Shown: piece after piece, positions 8,236 through 17,007 of the stretch
Position numbering within the stretch: position 1 is the first letter of the stretch
How the letters are laid out: every line of letters begins with the position of its first letter
Source of the DNA: an uncultured Verrucomicrobia subdivision 3 bacterium
GTDB taxonomy: Bacteria > Verrucomicrobiota > Verrucomicrobiia > Limisphaerales > UBA11358
DNA length: 64,000 nt
Direction: 5' to 3'
Assembly: GCA_903850425.1 (NCBI GenBank)
Contig: CAINLR010000183.1
Span: forward strand, 32,752-96,751
Translations under genes and position numbers: made by a program
The notes under the pieces: generated by a model
Databases searched by the model: none
Told to the model about the DNA's origin: nothing
Seen by the model: only the letters and a program-made list of their open reading frames with translations

Positions 8236-8582
8236 CAAGCAATGCCAGTCCCCAGCCAATGAATCCCCATCACCGACTGAGGAATTGACCTGCGCCGGAA
8301 AGCAAGCAAGTCACGCAATAAAAAGAGGCGGTTTGGCAAGAAATAAATGACGTATAATAATAAATCAAGCACGTGCAGAAATAAAATTATGCTTGTCCAT
8401 ACGAACGAATAGACGTTGAAGCATAGTGAGACAAGTGATAGTATGAACGTAATACAGTAGAAGAATAGCATTAAGCCGTAACAACATATGGCATAGAATT
8501 ACGAAAATACATTTAACTATTCAAAAACGAAAAAGATCTATTGCAGCGCCCCAATTATCCTCGAAACCCCCTGATTAATCAC

Positions 8583-8912
8583 ATGAACAAGCAAAATGAA
8601 GCACCCAGGAACATGCTCCAGCCCCTGCTACCCAATTTGGATTTGCTGGCCAAGGCGCTGGGTCACCCCGCGCGCTGGCGTATTCTCAAAGAATTGAGCG
8701 GCGGCGAACCGCGCATGGTGCGGGAACTGGCCGTCGTGGCGCGTTGCAGCCCGGACATGACGTCCAAGCATCTGGCCATCCTGCGCAAAGCGGGCGCGGT
8801 GGTGCAAGGTCGCGGACGGCTTTACCAAATTCCGGCGCATCATCTTTCCGCCGCCGGCGAGAACACCGTGGACTTCGGCCACTGCCTGCTGCGCTTGAAC
8901 GTGGCGCAATGA
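8583..8912 (+). CDS. ArsR/SmtB-family winged-helix transcriptional regulator
   Basis: HTH region LAKALGHPARWRILKELSGGEPRMVRELAVVARCSPDMTSKHLAILRKAGAVV. Start placed at the first ATG (8583); the listed ORF begins at a TTG at 8541. No metal-binding CxC motif is obvious. Confidence 0.75.
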   Translation: MNKQNEAPRNMLQPLLPNLDLLAKALGHPARWRILKELSGGEPRMVRELAVVARCSPDMTSKHLAILRKAGAVVQGRGRLYQIPAHHLSAAGENTVDFGHCLLRLNVAQ

Positions 8913-9155
8913 GCGGTCCCCGCGCCAGCGAGTATCGCTCCTTGGTGCCCAGGGAAGAGGTTGGTTGAGGGGTGTATTTGGAGACGGTTCTTGGTAGGGC
9001 GAAGACGCCGCCGCGCGACTTTCAGCGCGCGTTTGAAAATGGGCGCGTGGATTTTTATTGGTGGAACGGCTGTCACTAAAGGCGTTCAAGGAGCTTGTCG
9101 TTTTCTCTTTTGAGGCGCAGTATTTTGCGCAACCGAAAGGGTGGATTGAATCCGC

Positions 9156-9824
9156 TCACCCGCCAACTCGGCTATCGGGCTTTGCCTTCTTTGCGCTGTC
9201 GGCGGTTAAGGAATTAGTGTTCCGGCGCTTGGCACCCCGCCGGGCCACAGGTTCGCTGGATTGCATGGCCTGCACCACGGCAAGCAGGCAAAGCGTGAAC
9301 ATTGGCAGGCAACTGACATAGGTGGCGGCAAGCACCAACCGCCGGCCATCAATGGATTCGCGCGTCCAGATGTCGTCGGTCTTGCCCTTGAAATCAAACA
9401 CCAATTCATCCGTGGAAATTTTCGGATTTGCCACGGCGTAGGCCCGGCCTTGCTGGGTGAATTCCGCGCCCACGATCACTTTGTCTCGGTCGTAAGTGGC
9501 CGTCCACGCCAGCGTCAATTGCTGATAGCGGAAGAACGCGGCCACGCCAATGACCAGCGAACACAGCGCCACGGCTCCCCAACGCAGCGAGTGTCGCGGC
9601 TGGTTCCAACGTCGCGCGGCAAGAATCTCCAAGCCCAGCACGACGGCGACGATGAACTGGCCGAGGCGCAGCCAGATTTTCTCGTCGGCCGCCGTCACCC
9701 CGACCGGCGGCGGGAGCAGGAAACCGCCCAGGATGCCGCCCAGCCACAGCGCGCCCTGGGTCAGCAGCAGCCAGCTTTTACGCGCGGCTTGCAACCAGCG
9801 CACATTCTCGGAGCGTGATTTCAT
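9156..9824 (-). CDS. Hypothetical 4-TM membrane protein
   Basis: Start set at internal Met (MKSRSENVRWLQ...), because the upstream part of ORF 9156-9959 overlaps the neighbouring gene. Hydrophobic helices include WLLLTQGALWLGGILGGFLL, LGQFIVAVVLGLEILAA, WGAVALCSLVIGVAAFF and CLPMFTLCLLAVVQA. No family recognised. Confidence 0.45.
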   Translation of the reverse strand: MKSRSENVRWLQAARKSWLLLTQGALWLGGILGGFLLPPPVGVTAADEKIWLRLGQFIVAVVLGLEILAARRWNQPRHSLRWGAVALCSLVIGVAAFFRYQQLTLAWTATYDRDKVIVGAEFTQQGRAYAVANPKISTDELVFDFKGKTDDIWTRESIDGRRLVLAATYVSCLPMFTLCLLAVVQAMQSSEPVARRGAKRRNTNSLTADSAKKAKPDSRVGG

Positions 9825-9856
9825 TGCGTGTGAGTGGCGTGCGTGCGAACTCCGCA

Positions 9857-10603
9857 CTATTCCGCCGGCACGGTGAGGTCCACTTCCAGATGCGTCTCGC
9901 CGTGGCCGCCGATCCCCATCGCGACGGGTTCGCTCGTAAACTGGTCCTTGCGCACCCAAAGCTTGTAGCCGCCGGGGCAGAGGATTTTTTCGTCGGTCGG
10001 ACTGCTTTGACGGGGAAAGCGGTCGTGCGCGCTTTTCACGTCGAACATGCCCTTGGACACAAAGAAAACTTCGTAGCCGCCGATTTCCTTGCCGCCCGCT
10101 TTCGTGTGGACCTTCACGCGGATTTCCTTGCCCAGGCCGTCGTCGGAATGGCGGCAGTTATCGGCTTTGATTTGCATATCGAGCGCGACGTCGCGCACCA
10201 CGGCGAGCGTTTTCGCGGGATCCTTTTCCTTCTTTAAACCGCTCAATTGCCGGTTGTCGGCCCGCACGCTGAGGAGATACGCATCGGCGGGGGAATAGGT
10301 TTTTGGCCGGACGTGGGTGTTGAACCACGCGTCCCACTTGTCATGCAGAAACACGGCGTTGGTCTGAATCTGCCGCAGCAACAGCGCGGCCTCGGCATTG
10401 GTCGCCCCGATAGTTGTCAGCAGGCGGTCCGTGCTGGCGTGCATGAGCCGCCATTCACCCCAATAATCCGACTGGGCCGTGTTCTGCACCGCATAGCCAG
10501 CGTCCCCAGCCAGATAAATTCGGCCCCCGCCGGTGCGTGGCCCGGCGTGGAGCCAGGAGGTCGCAGCGAGCAGGCCCAGCGCTAACAAATACGAAGGCTT
10601 CAT
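9857..10603 (-). CDS. Hypothetical secreted protein
   Basis: Start set at MKPSYLLALGLLAATSWLHA (signal peptide) rather than the listed 10744. About 248 aa, no recognised domain. Confidence 0.45.
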   Translation of the reverse strand: MKPSYLLALGLLAATSWLHAGPRTGGGRIYLAGDAGYAVQNTAQSDYWGEWRLMHASTDRLLTTIGATNAEAALLLRQIQTNAVFLHDKWDAWFNTHVRPKTYSPADAYLLSVRADNRQLSGLKKEKDPAKTLAVVRDVALDMQIKADNCRHSDDGLGKEIRVKVHTKAGGKEIGGYEVFFVSKGMFDVKSAHDRFPRQSSPTDEKILCPGGYKLWVRKDQFTSEPVAMGIGGHGETHLEVDLTVPAE

Positions 10604-10782
10604 TGTGCGGCCTGAATTTTGCGGCCGCACCCCAGGATGCGGCAGGTCACGGAATAGACAGATTTTCATAAGCACGCCTTTCCTGTTCTCCAAATTCTTC
10701 CGACGTAGCGAGCACCTTTTCCCAACCGTCTCCGGCGCCACCAAGTTAAAAACCCGCGCGCGAGGATTATACCCGCACCTAA

Positions 10783-11550
10783 TTATTCAAAGCTGGAGGC
10801 CCCGGGAGACTTGGCTTTCAGCCAGGCATCGTAGTCGGCCTGGCTTTGGACGACGATAAAGCCGCCGGCCATGGCCGCATGACCGCCCCCGCAAAGCTGC
10901 GCGCATTCAATCTGGTAACGGCCAATCTTCGTGGGCGTAAAGGTGAACGGAATCCGCAGCCCGGGGATGGCATCCTGCGTCACGCGCATGGCGACGAGTT
11001 TGATGGAATGGATCACGTCCTTGGAACTCAAATAAACCAGCACGGGCCGGTTCACGGGAACGTGGATTTCATTCAGGATTTGAATGTCGTCCTTGCCGGC
11101 GGCATCGGCGGGATCCACGCCGAAGACGTTGTCTGAGGCAATGAGTTTCATGTCCTGTCGGCCGAATTTCCCGTCCAGGCCGGGATAGCGCGCGTTCCAC
11201 GCGAACTGTTGCGCCATGATTTGAATGACCGTGGAATCTTCGGGTTTCGGAAATTGATTCACATTTTTCGCCCACAGCGGCACGGCAACGCCGAGCAGCA
11301 AGACCGCCTCGATGGCGACGATGGCGAATTCGACGCCGGTCGGAACTTTGCTGGTGGATCCCTCGTAGCTGGCGGTTTTATTGCGCGCCACATTGAAGCG
11401 CCAAAGGACGTAGCCGAAGTAAATGATCCAGCCGACGAACAGCGCCAGCATCAGCCAGTGAACATAAACCATGAGGTTATCCACGGCCTGGCCATTGGAC
11501 GAGGCGAGTTCGGGCAGGCCGAGGATTTTATGGGCAAACCAGTCTTTCAT
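10783..11550 (-). CDS. coxB: Cytochrome c oxidase subunit II (CuA cupredoxin, no fused cytochrome c)
   Basis: Two N-terminal TMs, then QFAWNARYPGLDGKFG and CuA ligands in HSIKL ... CAQLCGGGHAAM. No CXXCH motif. The start overlaps the upstream stop (ATGA 11547-11550). Confidence 0.9.
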   Translation of the reverse strand: MKDWFAHKILGLPELASSNGQAVDNLMVYVHWLMLALFVGWIIYFGYVLWRFNVARNKTASYEGSTSKVPTGVEFAIVAIEAVLLLGVAVPLWAKNVNQFPKPEDSTVIQIMAQQFAWNARYPGLDGKFGRQDMKLIASDNVFGVDPADAAGKDDIQILNEIHVPVNRPVLVYLSSKDVIHSIKLVAMRVTQDAIPGLRIPFTFTPTKIGRYQIECAQLCGGGHAAMAGGFIVVQSQADYDAWLKAKSPGASSFE

Positions 11551-11792
11551 ACGTCAGAAGGAATTTTTTCGGCGGCTTGGGCGAGCGCCTCGCTTTTGCG
11601 GATCAGATAAATAAAAAAGGCCAGAAAAGTTCCCAGCACCGGCACGATGATGCCCATGAGCGTGAAGATGCCCCAATTCATGCCCTCGGCCATCGGCGAA
11701 TCAGACGCGCCGTAACAGGTGGCGCAGGCGAATAACTGCGCTGGTGCGAACCCGGCGAGGACGAGCAATGATTTTTTAAGCAGCGGCTTCAC
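11547..11792 (-). CDS. Small membrane protein with CxxC motif (oxidase-operon associated)
   Basis: Proposed GTG start at 11792 overlaps the upstream stop (GTGA). The product is VKPLLKKSLLVLAGFAPAQLFACATCYGASDSPMAEGMNWGIFTLMGIIVPVLGTFLAFFIYLIRK..., with a signal-like N-terminus, a Cys pair and one TM. The start codon is uncertain. Confidence 0.4.
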   Translation of the reverse strand: MKPLLKKSLLVLAGFAPAQLFACATCYGASDSPMAEGMNWGIFTLMGIIVPVLGTFLAFFIYLIRKSEALAQAAEKIPSDV

Positions 11793-11974
11793 AGGTAGCT
11801 GATGCGTTTCAGTTTCTTCAAAAAATAAACGCCGTAGAAGATCACCAAAATTCCGGCCACGATGCCCGCCGCGCCCCAGAACGCGTTGCCCGTCGCAAAG
11901 GCCCACGCGGCGCAGCCGAAGGTCAACGCGGTCAGCAGCGTGACAAAAATCAGATGGAAGGCTTTAAGTGACAT
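11789..11974 (-). CDS. Small two-TM membrane protein (oxidase-operon associated)
   Basis: Internal ATG at 11974 gives 61 aa: MSLKAFHLIFVTLLTALTFGCAAWAFATGNAFWGAAGIVAGILVIFYGVYFLKKLKRISYL. It is tightly packed between the ctaF-like gene (stop 11976) and the next small ORF. Confidence 0.45.
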   Translation of the reverse strand: MSLKAFHLIFVTLLTALTFGCAAWAFATGNAFWGAAGIVAGILVIFYGVYFLKKLKRISYL

Positions 11975-11975
11975 T

Positions 11976-12302
11976 TTAGTGCGTGGCTGTTCCGGGCGGA
12001 AAATCATTCATCGCCGCCATCGTCAAACCGACCAGTCCGATGGCGAAAATCACGGTGAAAATCAGCACGGTGTAAACCAGCTTTTTCTCCGACAACAAGT
12101 GCATGAGATAGCCGGCGACGAGGAAGGCGTTCACGACGGCGATGGCGAGAATCAGCGCTACTTTCAGCGTCCAAGTGTCGCCACCAATATGCGCGAAGGA
12201 CGTGCCGATCATCAGGCCGGTGGTGCATAACACGACGGCGAAGACAACCGCACAGAGGCGAATATAGCTGTTCAAACTAACCGGTTGTTCGGAGTCGCTC
12301 AT
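11976..12302 (-). CDS. ctaF: Cytochrome c oxidase subunit IV (prokaryotic COX4 family)
   Basis: 108 aa with 3 TMs. LILAIAVVNAFLVAGYLMHLLSEKK matches the conserved FMHL-type motif of bacterial subunit IV. It lies directly downstream of subunit III. Confidence 0.7.
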   Translation of the reverse strand: MSDSEQPVSLNSYIRLCAVVFAVVLCTTGLMIGTSFAHIGGDTWTLKVALILAIAVVNAFLVAGYLMHLLSEKKLVYTVLIFTVIFAIGLVGLTMAAMNDFPPGTATH

Positions 12303-12309
12303 AAAATCT

Positions 12310-13113
12310 TCAGGTCAAATAAAGCACAGGGAACAGAAAAATCCAGACCAGATCCACGAAATGCCAGAACAGGCCGGAGACTTCGATGCGGTTGGTGAAG
12401 CGTTCAGGTTCGGTCTGCCACATTTTTCGGCCCGGTCCCCAAAAATAAAAAATGACCAGCGTGCCGCCCAGAATGTGCAGCGCGTGCAGGCCGGTGAGCG
12501 TGAAATAAATCGCGGTGAACGTATTGTGGCGCGGGCCGTAATTTTCCATGTGCTTGATTTCCGACGCAGGAATAATCAGTTCGGCATGGACGGCTTTCTT
12601 GGCCTCTTCACTGCGCAAATCCATCAGTTCCGCGTGCGTTTCCACCTCGTGACCGTGCAAGGTGACGCTGCCAGTTTTTTTGGCGAGGTTGAAGTCGGCC
12701 GATTTCTCCACGAGATGGCCGTCGGCGATTTTGCCGTTGTTCAACTGGATTTCGTAGTGAACCAGCTTGTCGTGATACTCATAGGATTTGATGCCGAGGA
12801 ACGTCAACGCGAGCAGAATGGTGCAGGCGTGGAAAAATTTGAATTTGCCGAACTCGCGCACTTTGCACGAAGCCCACGCGAGCAACGTGGTGATGGCCGA
12901 GAGCGCCAGCAATAGCGTGTTCACGGTGCCGAGCCGGACATCGAGCCAGCCGTGGGGCCAGGTGCCCGTCGGCGCGCCGACACGCAGCAATATGTAGGCG
13001 GAGAAAAGTCCGCCAAACAACATCACTTCCGACGCCAGAAACAGCCAGACGCCCAGCTTGGCGTTGTAAAGGCCGGTATCCGGGCGGTTCTTAATGGTGT
13101 AAGGAATGTCCAT
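12310..13113 (-). CDS. ctaE: Cytochrome c oxidase subunit III (with large hydrophilic loop insertion)
   Basis: Start set at MDIPYTIKNRPDTG (13113); the listed extension to 13305 overlaps ctaD. Motifs are LASEVMLFGGLFSAY, YFTLTGLHALHILGG and GLFWHFVDLVWIFLFPVLY. Confidence 0.85.
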   Translation of the reverse strand: MDIPYTIKNRPDTGLYNAKLGVWLFLASEVMLFGGLFSAYILLRVGAPTGTWPHGWLDVRLGTVNTLLLALSAITTLLAWASCKVREFGKFKFFHACTILLALTFLGIKSYEYHDKLVHYEIQLNNGKIADGHLVEKSADFNLAKKTGSVTLHGHEVETHAELMDLRSEEAKKAVHAELIIPASEIKHMENYGPRHNTFTAIYFTLTGLHALHILGGTLVIFYFWGPGRKMWQTEPERFTNRIEVSGLFWHFVDLVWIFLFPVLYLT

Positions 13114-13123
13114 GGAAAAATAT

Positions 13124-14986
13124 TCAGTGCGCGGTTGTGGGTTTGTCTGCCGGGGCATCTTGCGGTGTGAAATCGGCGGCAGCACCGGGCGCGCTGTATT
13201 CGTAAGGCCCGTGGGCGACGTGCGGTTCGTGGGTAAAATTTCCGTGCGGCGGCGGCGTGGGCGTCTGCCAGTCGAGCGTGGTGGCGCGCCAGGGATTCGT
13301 GCCAACTTTTTCGCCGTGGCTGATACTCCAGAATAAATTGATGATGAAAGGAATTTGCGCGATGCCCAGACAGACTGCCGCCCACAAAATGATGCCGTTC
13401 ATCTGCATCGCCGAGCCGGGCAGCGCGTCAATGGCATTCGGCACGCGCGCGGCGGAGTAATTGACGCCGCCGTCGGACATGCGGCGCAACATGCCTTTGA
13501 TGCCCTGCACAAACATCGGCATGAACACGATGTTCATGAACGCAAACGAACACCAGAAATGCACGCGCCCCCAGAACTCATTCATCTTTCGCCCGGTCAT
13601 TTTGGGATACCAGAAATAGACGCCGGCAAACAGGGCGAAAATGGTTCCCGGCGCCACGACGTAATGGAAGTGTGCGATGATGTAATAAGTGTCGTGCAGA
13701 TACAAATCGCACGCGGCGAGCCCGAGCGGCAATCCGGTCAAACCGCCGATGCCGAACATGGGCAGAAAGCCGAGCGCGAAAAGCATGGGCGTGTTGATGC
13801 GGATGGCCCCGCCCCACAGTGAGAGAAACATGCACGTCAAAATGATCACGGACGGAACGGAAATCATCATCGTGGTTGCCTGGAAGAACGTTGCGATTTT
13901 CTGGCCCATGCCAGTGAGATACATGTGATGCGCCCAGACGATGAATGACAGGAAACCCACAGCCAGCACGGAATAGACGAGCGATTTGTAACCCCAGATC
14001 GGCTTGCGCGTGTTGTTGGCAATGACTTCGCAGACGATGCCCATCGCCGGCAAAATCAAAACGTAAACTTCGGGATGGCCGAGAAACCAGAACAAATGCT
14101 GCCACAAGAGCGGACTGCCGCCGCCGCTGCGATCGGCGAGTTGGCCACCCACGGCGAGGCCGGTCGGCAGGAAGAAACTCGTGCCCGCGAGGTTGTCCAT
14201 CAATTGCAAAACACCGGCGGCTTCGAGCGGCGGAAAGGCGAGCAACAAAATAAAGGCGGTTACGAACTGCGCCCAAACAAACCACGGCAGGCGCATCCAC
14301 GTCATGCCCGGCGCGCGCAGTTGAATGATCGTGGCGATGAAATTCACCGCGCCGAGCAAAGACGAGGTGATGAGCAGCACCATGCCCACGAGCCAGAACG
14401 CCTGGCCATTGGTCGCAATGGTGGTGGCCAGCGGCGAATATGAAGTCCAGCCCGCCTGCGCCGCGCCGCCGGGAATGAAAAAGCTCACCAGCATCACCAC
14501 GCCACCCAGGAAAAACGCGTGAAAACTCGCCATGTTGATGCGGGGAAAGCACATGTCCGGCGCGCCAATCATCAGCGGCACGACGTAATTGCCAAACGCG
14601 GCGAACGCCAGCGGCACCACGCCGAGAAACACCATGATGGTGCCATGCATCGCGCCGAAGGAATTGTAAAGCTCCGGCGAAATCGAGCCGCCCGCCGCCG
14701 GTTGGCCAAGAATTCTTTCCAGAATCGGCCCGAAGACCGGCACCGGCACGCCCGGATGCGCGATCTGCCAGCGCATCAGCAGCATGAGGAAAAATCCGAA
14801 CAACATGAAGCAAAGCGACATGAATCCGTATTGGATGCCGATGACTTTGTGGTCGGTGGAGAAAATATATTTCTGCCAGAAATTCGGCTCGGCATGTTCG
14901 CCGTGGCCGTGGTCATCGTGGCTGGCGTGGCTGTGATCAGCCGCGCCTTCGCGAAACGGTGGAAATTGTTGAACGGTCGTTTCCAT
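13124..14986 (-). CDS. ctaD: Cytochrome c oxidase subunit I (heme-copper oxidase)
   Basis: 620 aa polytopic protein with GAPDMCFPRINMASFH, WAHHMY (CuB histidines) and IIAHFHYVV. It has a His-rich N-terminal tail HSHASHDDHGHGEH. Confidence 0.95.
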   Translation of the reverse strand: METTVQQFPPFREGAADHSHASHDDHGHGEHAEPNFWQKYIFSTDHKVIGIQYGFMSLCFMLFGFFLMLLMRWQIAHPGVPVPVFGPILERILGQPAAGGSISPELYNSFGAMHGTIMVFLGVVPLAFAAFGNYVVPLMIGAPDMCFPRINMASFHAFFLGGVVMLVSFFIPGGAAQAGWTSYSPLATTIATNGQAFWLVGMVLLITSSLLGAVNFIATIIQLRAPGMTWMRLPWFVWAQFVTAFILLLAFPPLEAAGVLQLMDNLAGTSFFLPTGLAVGGQLADRSGGGSPLLWQHLFWFLGHPEVYVLILPAMGIVCEVIANNTRKPIWGYKSLVYSVLAVGFLSFIVWAHHMYLTGMGQKIATFFQATTMMISVPSVIILTCMFLSLWGGAIRINTPMLFALGFLPMFGIGGLTGLPLGLAACDLYLHDTYYIIAHFHYVVAPGTIFALFAGVYFWYPKMTGRKMNEFWGRVHFWCSFAFMNIVFMPMFVQGIKGMLRRMSDGGVNYSAARVPNAIDALPGSAMQMNGIILWAAVCLGIAQIPFIINLFWSISHGEKVGTNPWRATTLDWQTPTPPPHGNFTHEPHVAHGPYEYSAPGAAADFTPQDAPADKPTTAH

Positions 14987-14992
14987 AATATT

Positions 14993-15895
14993 TTATTTCA
15001 ACTTGTCGCCCACCAGCGCCGCGAGCAGGAGCGGCAAATAAATGATCGAGGCCAGAAAAAGCTGCCGCGCGCGGATGAGCGTGAGCTGGCGCGAAAACTG
15101 GATGGCAAAGAATAAAAATCCCGCGCCCAAAAGTATGGCCGAGACGAGATAAAATGTTCCGGCCATCTTGAAAAAGAATGGAACCAGGCTCGCCACCAAC
15201 AACACGACCGTATTGAACACCGCTTGCTGGCCGGTGCGACTGCCATCGGCGTCAATGTTCGGCAACATCACGAAACCAGCTTTGGCATATTCCTCGCGAT
15301 ACATCCACGCGATGGCAAAAAAATGCGGCAGTTGCCAGAACGTCAGGATCGCAAACAATGCCCAGCCATCGCCGCCCAATTCGTTGCGCGCAGCGGTCCA
15401 GCCCATCAGCGGCGGCAACGCGCCGGGGATTGCGCCAACCAGAGTGTTGGTCCAGGTCACGCGTTTCAGCGGCGTGTAAATAAACAGGTAGCTCACCAGC
15501 GTCACCGCGCCGAGCACGCTCGTCAGCAGGTTCACCAGCAGCGCGAGATAAACCAGGCCGACCACGGAACACACGCCGCCAAATATCGCAACGGTCGCCG
15601 GCTGCAAACGGCCCGACGGCAGCGGCCGCGTCGCCGTGCGGCGCATCTTCGCGTCGTATTCGCGTTCGAGCAATTGGTTCAAAGCCGCCGCGCCCGCCGC
15701 GACCAGGGCGGTGCCGAACAGCGTGTTGAACATCAGCGCATAATTCAGCGCGCCGCGTCCGCCCACATAGAAACCCACATAAGTCGTCAGCAGCACCAGC
15801 GTCGTGAGCCGGGCTTTAACGAGGTCTGCAAATACTGCCGGCCAACTTTTTTCGGTGGAACCAGGGTTTAAAATTTCTGCTGAGACTTCTTTCAT
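14993..15895 (-). CDS. ctaB: Protoheme IX farnesyltransferase (heme O synthase)
   Basis: UbiA-type polytopic protein with the motif LNQLLEREYDAKMRRTATRPLPSGRL. It lies between ctaA and ctaD. Confidence 0.9.
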   Translation of the reverse strand: MKEVSAEILNPGSTEKSWPAVFADLVKARLTTLVLLTTYVGFYVGGRGALNYALMFNTLFGTALVAAGAAALNQLLEREYDAKMRRTATRPLPSGRLQPATVAIFGGVCSVVGLVYLALLVNLLTSVLGAVTLVSYLFIYTPLKRVTWTNTLVGAIPGALPPLMGWTAARNELGGDGWALFAILTFWQLPHFFAIAWMYREEYAKAGFVMLPNIDADGSRTGQQAVFNTVVLLVASLVPFFFKMAGTFYLVSAILLGAGFLFFAIQFSRQLTLIRARQLFLASIIYLPLLLAALVGDKLK

Positions 15896-15960
15896 TGATC
15901 CTATTTTGGGGCGCAGGAAAACCGCGCCTAATTCATCCTATTTTGGCCTGCCTTGGCAAA

Positions 15961-16947
15961 TTAAGTCAATGCTGTTCGCCGGGCGGCTACGAGCCACCAC
16001 AACGCCCCGACCAGCAAAGCGAGCGCGCCGACCATGACGTGGCCGGTGGCGATGTCGGCGGCTTTGTTCATCCAGATCGTCGCGGCCCCAAGCAGGATTT
16101 GCAGCGTGAGCAGGCCGAACCAGAGAAACGCCAGCTTGGTCAAGAAATCGCCTCCCCCGAGCCGTTTCCGCGACAGAATGGCCGCCATGGCGACGCCCAG
16201 AAAAATGAAGTAAGCCACGAGCCGGTGGATCATCTGCAGATTGACCTGAAATGCGGTGATGGGATTGGCGTTGTTGATTTCGACGCGCTGGGCGTTGTAG
16301 CGTGCGATGGCTTCCGGGCTGGTGTCCGGCCAGATTTTTCCGTGCGCGAGCGGGAAGTCAGAAATTGCCAGGCCCGCGTGCTGATGCCTCATGGTCGCAG
16401 CAATGAGCAGTTGGATGAAAATGATGATCGTGACAGCCAGCACATGGCCGCGCAGTCCGATGCGCACAGGGATTTGTTTTTCCGCCGCCGAATTATGCCA
16501 CCAGCGGCTCGTGAACAGTGCAAGGGCACAGGTCAAAACCAAAAACGCCTGCGCCACGGCACCGTGCGGGACGCCCAGCCAGTCCAACTGCCATTTCACG
16601 CGGAGACCGCCAAGAATTCCCTGAGCAACCACGAGCAGAAACGCTGCGATACCAAGCCAAGTCAGCCATTTGCGGGCATCTTTGGCCCACAGCCAGACTG
16701 CGAGAATCGTGGTCAACAGACCAACGACCGATGCGAGCAACCGGTGCGTATGCTCAAAAAAAGCGCCGCCGGTCCAGAATTTGATCGGCAACGCAAACAT
16801 GTTGTAGCCGTAGCTCGTGGGCCAGTCGGGCACGGACATGCCGGCTTCGTGACTGGTCACGAGACCGCCAAGGCCGATGAGTAGAAACGTGGCGACCGCA
16901 TTCAGCACGGCGAACCAAAACAGCGCGGGGTTGTATTTATTGTTCAT
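15961..16947 (-). CDS. ctaA: Heme A synthase (COX15/CtaA family)
   Basis: Start set at MNNKYNPALFWFAVL (16947). It has 8 predicted TMs with paired conserved His contexts (FEHTHRLLA, VPHGAVAQA, MRHQHAGL, QMIHRLVA). Confidence 0.85.
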   Translation of the reverse strand: MNNKYNPALFWFAVLNAVATFLLIGLGGLVTSHEAGMSVPDWPTSYGYNMFALPIKFWTGGAFFEHTHRLLASVVGLLTTILAVWLWAKDARKWLTWLGIAAFLLVVAQGILGGLRVKWQLDWLGVPHGAVAQAFLVLTCALALFTSRWWHNSAAEKQIPVRIGLRGHVLAVTIIIFIQLLIAATMRHQHAGLAISDFPLAHGKIWPDTSPEAIARYNAQRVEINNANPITAFQVNLQMIHRLVAYFIFLGVAMAAILSRKRLGGGDFLTKLAFLWFGLLTLQILLGAATIWMNKAADIATGHVMVGALALLVGALWWLVAARRTALT

Positions 16948-17007
16948 TTTGCAAAAAGAAAGACCGCTGCGGTTTTCGCCCGCAGCGGTCAACGGGAAAA
17001 CGAAAAG

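Noticed and set aside
6241-8259. A 672-aa minus-strand ORF. Other very long antisense ORFs are of the same kind (5091-6512, 37479-39134, 41047-42264, 48088-49278, 51139-52137, 52237-53229).
   Set aside because: They lie antisense to genes with clear family motifs. Their translations are Arg/Ala/Gly/His-rich with no motifs. Long stop-free shadow frames are expected in GC-rich DNA.
7949-8350. Plus-strand ORFs of 133 and 95 aa (7949-8350, 7975-8262) in the gap after the kinase gene.
   Set aside because: They span the inverted-repeat element, so their sequence is dictated by the palindrome. The translations are Arg/Pro/Ser-rich and featureless, and there is no plausible start context.
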